In this document: positions 60,583 through 64,000 of the stretch, in pieces | Numbering within the stretch: the stretch's first letter is position 1 | Layout of the letters: every line of letters starts with the position of its first letter | From: Candidatus Poribacteria bacterium | GTDB lineage: Bacteria > Poribacteria > WGA-4E > PCPOR2b | NCBI GenBank assembly: GCA_965198175.1 | Contig: OZ240245.1 | Coordinates: 2,048,001-2,112,000 of the forward strand | Length of the DNA stretch: 64,000 nt | Direction: 5' to 3' | The notes under the pieces: generated by a model | Database searches by the model: none | The model's input: only the letters and a program-made list of their open reading frames with translations | Told to the model about the DNA's origin: nothing | Program-made: the position numbers and the translations under genes

Positions 60583-60924
60583 CTACAACCCTTCTTCGGA
60601 TTCATCAACGGCATCCGTACTCTCATCATGCGTCTCATTTGAAATGGTTTGTTCGAAGATTTTCGAATCTTCATCCTGTTCATCGGCAACGGGACCGAAA
60701 ATTGAAAACTCTTCCACTGTATCTTTGAACTGATCGACTTGCTGATAGTCAATCTCTCCCTCAACTAGCGCTCTTAAAGCGACCGACGCCGGTTTGCGGA
60801 CATCAAATTTTAGAATGGGAAGCCCTTTTTCATTGAGCTGACGCGCGCGTCGTGCCGCTACATTGACGGCTAAATACTTGTTACCGACAATATCCTCTAT
60901 ATCCTCAAGATAAATCACTGACAT
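60583..60924 (-). CDS. rpoZ: RNA polymerase omega subunit with acidic tail
   Basis: NKYLAVNVAARRARQL and KPASVAL motifs. Confidence 0.88.
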   Translation of the reverse strand: MSVIYLEDIEDIVGNKYLAVNVAARRARQLNEKGLPILKFDVRKPASVALRALVEGEIDYQQVDQFKDTVEEFSIFGPVADEQDEDSKIFEQTISNETHDESTDAVDESEEGL

Positions 60925-61117
60925 TTTGATCGGCCTCGCAGTTGATTAGGTTTGGAACTCTAGCCACAGGAAATTCCGAAGTCTCATAATATTATCAATA
61001 CTGGCTAAGGGTTGTCAAGGGAAAATTCTATCGCATAAACGAATAAACCAATTTCGCCTGGCATCGTCCAAACGTAGATGCTATACAAAGAATAACCGGG
61101 TTTAAGGAGAGACAAAA

Positions 61118-62419
61118 TTGAGAATCGGCGAAGGAATTTCGGTTGGGTTTGCAGCGATTCGCGCAAACAACCTGCGCTCCCTCTTGACCATGCTAGGAAT
61201 CATCATTGGCGTTGCCTCTGTGCTAGCGATGATCGCTATTGGGGATGGAGCGAAACAAATTGTGCTTCAGGATGCTCAGAAGCTTGGAGGCGCCAATCAA
61301 TTTACCTTGTATCGCAGTAATCACCTCCGCAAGGGCGACCGTTGGATACCCAACCGCAGCAATGAGTATTTTGACTATGATGATGTGCTAGCGATTGAAG
61401 CCGGATGTCCTTCTGTCGAGGGAGTCATACCGCGCTTACCGGTCTGGCGAGGTGTTTTGGTGCAAGCCGAGGGCGGCGCGGAAAAACGCACGGGGTACGA
61501 AGGCATCACTCCCTTTTACCAAATTGGGATGAATTGGGAACTACAACGCGGACGTTTTATTTCGGAAGAGGATGTCGACAATCGGAGTAAAGTCTGTATT
61601 CTCGGATCTGAGGTAGTAAATGAACTGTTCGGGAATCAGAATCCGATTGGCAAGGAAATTAAGATTGCGCGTGAATCCCAAAACAGTTGGCGCCGAGAAC
61701 AACGCAGGCAGGCAAAAAGTACAGAACGGTTCACCGTTGTGGGCGTGATGGCGCCGCGCGGGACAAGCCTTCGTTTTGGATGGAATCTGGATGATCGCGT
61801 GCTTCTACCGTTGACAACGGTGCAGGAGCGCTTTACGGGCAACGATCGTGTCCGAATGATCACAGTTCAAGCGAAAAACCTTGATCTGCTTGAGAAAGCC
61901 AAAGCAGAGGTTAAAGCCATAGTGAGAAAGCAGCACCGAAACCAGGACAATTTCTTTAACCTGTGGGAGATGAGGGAGGGTATGGAGCAACTGTTTACAA
62001 TTAGCCACACAATTAAAATAGTGCTCGGTATCATCGCTGGAGTTTCACTCCTTGTCGGCGGCATCGGCATCATGAACATCATGTTGGTATCAGTCACCGA
62101 ACGCACGCGAGAAATCGGTCTGCGAAAGGCGCTTGGCGCTAAGCGCAAGGATATCCTATTTCAATTTCTGGTGGAATCGGTTGTGATGTGTAGTGTCGGT
62201 GGGCTGCTAGGTATCGGATTAGGCGTTGCTTCGGGATACGGCATGGCGCAGATTGCAATGAAGATCGTGAAGATTATAGATTATTGGCCCTCTTTCATCT
62301 CTGTGCAATGGATGGTTATCTCCGTAGCCTTTTCTGCGGCAATCGGTGTCTTCTTTGGACTTTACCCTGCTGTTAAAGCCGCGCGGCTTTCACCCATTGA
62401 AGCGTTGAGAACAGAGTAA
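61118..62419 (+). CDS. MacB-like ABC transporter permease
   Basis: RSLLTMLGIIIGV and GGIGIMNIMLVSVTERTREIG motifs. Confidence 0.93.
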   Translation: MRIGEGISVGFAAIRANNLRSLLTMLGIIIGVASVLAMIAIGDGAKQIVLQDAQKLGGANQFTLYRSNHLRKGDRWIPNRSNEYFDYDDVLAIEAGCPSVEGVIPRLPVWRGVLVQAEGGAEKRTGYEGITPFYQIGMNWELQRGRFISEEDVDNRSKVCILGSEVVNELFGNQNPIGKEIKIARESQNSWRREQRRQAKSTERFTVVGVMAPRGTSLRFGWNLDDRVLLPLTTVQERFTGNDRVRMITVQAKNLDLLEKAKAEVKAIVRKQHRNQDNFFNLWEMREGMEQLFTISHTIKIVLGIIAGVSLLVGGIGIMNIMLVSVTERTREIGLRKALGAKRKDILFQFLVESVVMCSVGGLLGIGLGVASGYGMAQIAMKIVKIIDYWPSFISVQWMVISVAFSAAIGVFFGLYPAVKAARLSPIEALRTE

Positions 62420-62484
62420 GGCGTGAAATTGGAAAGCATTCATGCCAATAGTCAATATTCAATCCGCTCCGGAGGAGTACAGAT

Positions 62485-63789
62485 ATGTATCTCATCGAAT
62501 ATATCGCACTCGGCATTGCGAGCTTACGTCGGCACCCACTTCGCTCAAGTCTGACAATCTTGGGAATCGTCATCGGCGTGGGTGGCGTTGTCAGCATGGT
62601 TTCGATAGGTGATGGTTCACGTGTAATGGTTTTAAGAGAGATTGAGCGCACTGGTGGACTAAACGTCATTGAGATCTACCGCGACGAATGGCATCGACAA
62701 TCAGGCACCTTGACCCGGGCGGCTGGTCAGACGGTGAGGCGTGGGCGTTGGCGGAAGAACCGTGTAGAACATCTAGAAACCTCTGATGCACACGCTATCC
62801 TTGAAAATGCCATAGGTGTTTTTCATGTCGTTCCTGAGGATGATTATGGAAGTTGGAATGTGAATTACAAGGGTAGAAGCAAGCCATCCCGGCTAACCGC
62901 AACCACAGATGGATACGACAGATTGCACAACTGGTATGTTCAGATGGGCCGCTTTTTATCTGAGGAAGATGTCAAATCTGCCCGAACCGTTGCTCTCATC
63001 GGTTCAAAGATTTACGAAGAACTCTTTGATGGGGATGTTCCCATCGGCAAAGAGATTAAGGCGACACGGTCATCAAGTTGGGGCCGTCGTTTCGATGTAC
63101 GTTTAACCGTCGTTGGCGTGATGGAAGAAAAAGGCGATGCAATGGATACGCAAGGTTGGGATGACCGCTTCATTATTCCAATCACGACATTGCAACAGCG
63201 TTTTAAGGGTAAGAAGCATATAGAGCGCATCCGCGTTGAAGCGGCAAGCCTGAATATGGTCGAGACAGCGAAGGAAGAATCAAAGAGAATATTAGGGAGA
63301 ATACACCACGGTTCGGGAGAAGAATATCAATACTGGACGGCAAAGGATGAGCTTGCAACCGCCGTAAAAATCGGGAGAACGATGAAATTCGTGATGGGAG
63401 GCGTTGCAGGGATTGCGCTCTTTGTTGCGGGGATTGGTATCATGAATATCATGCTTGTCTCCGTCACTGAGCGCACAAGGGAAATCGGTTTACGAAAAGC
63501 TATCGGCGCAAAGCGGCGCAATATTTTGACCCAGTTTCTCATCGAAGCGGCTGTGCTCAGCATAACCGGAGGAGTGCTGGGAGCGATTGTCGGCGTATTT
63601 ATGGGACAGGGTACAGCTTTGCTCATCACGAAATATGTGTGGCCTGGGAGTGATTGGCCCTCAGTGATCTCAATCGGAGCCATGGTCGTTGCCTTGAGTG
63701 TGTCAATAGGAGTTGGTATTTTTTTCGGCTTGTATCCTGCAAACAAAGCTGCAAAACTCACGCCTGTAGAGGCGATTCGGTCTGAGTGA
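62485..63789 (+). CDS. MacB-like ABC transporter permease
   Basis: RSSLTILGIVIGV and GIGIMNIMLVSVTERTREIG motifs. Confidence 0.93.
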   Translation: MYLIEYIALGIASLRRHPLRSSLTILGIVIGVGGVVSMVSIGDGSRVMVLREIERTGGLNVIEIYRDEWHRQSGTLTRAAGQTVRRGRWRKNRVEHLETSDAHAILENAIGVFHVVPEDDYGSWNVNYKGRSKPSRLTATTDGYDRLHNWYVQMGRFLSEEDVKSARTVALIGSKIYEELFDGDVPIGKEIKATRSSSWGRRFDVRLTVVGVMEEKGDAMDTQGWDDRFIIPITTLQQRFKGKKHIERIRVEAASLNMVETAKEESKRILGRIHHGSGEEYQYWTAKDELATAVKIGRTMKFVMGGVAGIALFVAGIGIMNIMLVSVTERTREIGLRKAIGAKRRNILTQFLIEAAVLSITGGVLGAIVGVFMGQGTALLITKYVWPGSDWPSVISIGAMVVALSVSIGVGIFFGLYPANKAAKLTPVEAIRSE

Positions 63790-64000
63790 GCGCAGTTTTC
63801 ATGGAGACTAGGTTCTGTTGACACTTCACCGGCACGAATCCGGGAAACTGAGTCATTATCAGTGTAACTACCATAAACCGAGCCGGTTTTGCCAAATCAC
63901 CCAAATGCGCATCAAGATTGGGTTACCCTATCAAATGTCAACAGTACGCAGCGTAAGGCATTATTATGAATGAAATGATGCATAAGGAGTCGTCAAATCA

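Overview
Bacterial chromosomal window from a diderm organism. The gene repertoire (WD40, TPR, trypsin-TPR, NHL and PhyH proteins, UBact-type proteasome operon) suggests Candidatus Poribacteria; this is inference only. Most of the window is housekeeping: bioB, two leuB paralogues, PPi-type pfk, gltX, pdxH, murJ, glyA, folC, hppA, ilvD, radC, valS, ptsH-hprK-hpf-rpoN-lptBAC-acyltransferase, rpoZ and MacB-like permeases. Notable items: (1) a peroxiredoxin missed by the ORF track, with an in-frame TGA at the catalytic Cys and a SECIS-like hairpin (selenoprotein); (2) a ~4 kb module of trypsin-TPR protease plus a DRT4-like defence reverse transcriptase between a truncated, diverged 5' glyA copy and the intact glyA; (3) a complete arc-dop-ubact-prcB-prcA-pafA operon; (4) an IS5-family element truncating a frameshifted AAA-ATPase/PIN-like module; (5) a ~77-aa insertion in sigma-54; (6) several families of small intergenic REP/MITE-like repeats. 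No rRNA, tRNA or CRISPR array was recognised.
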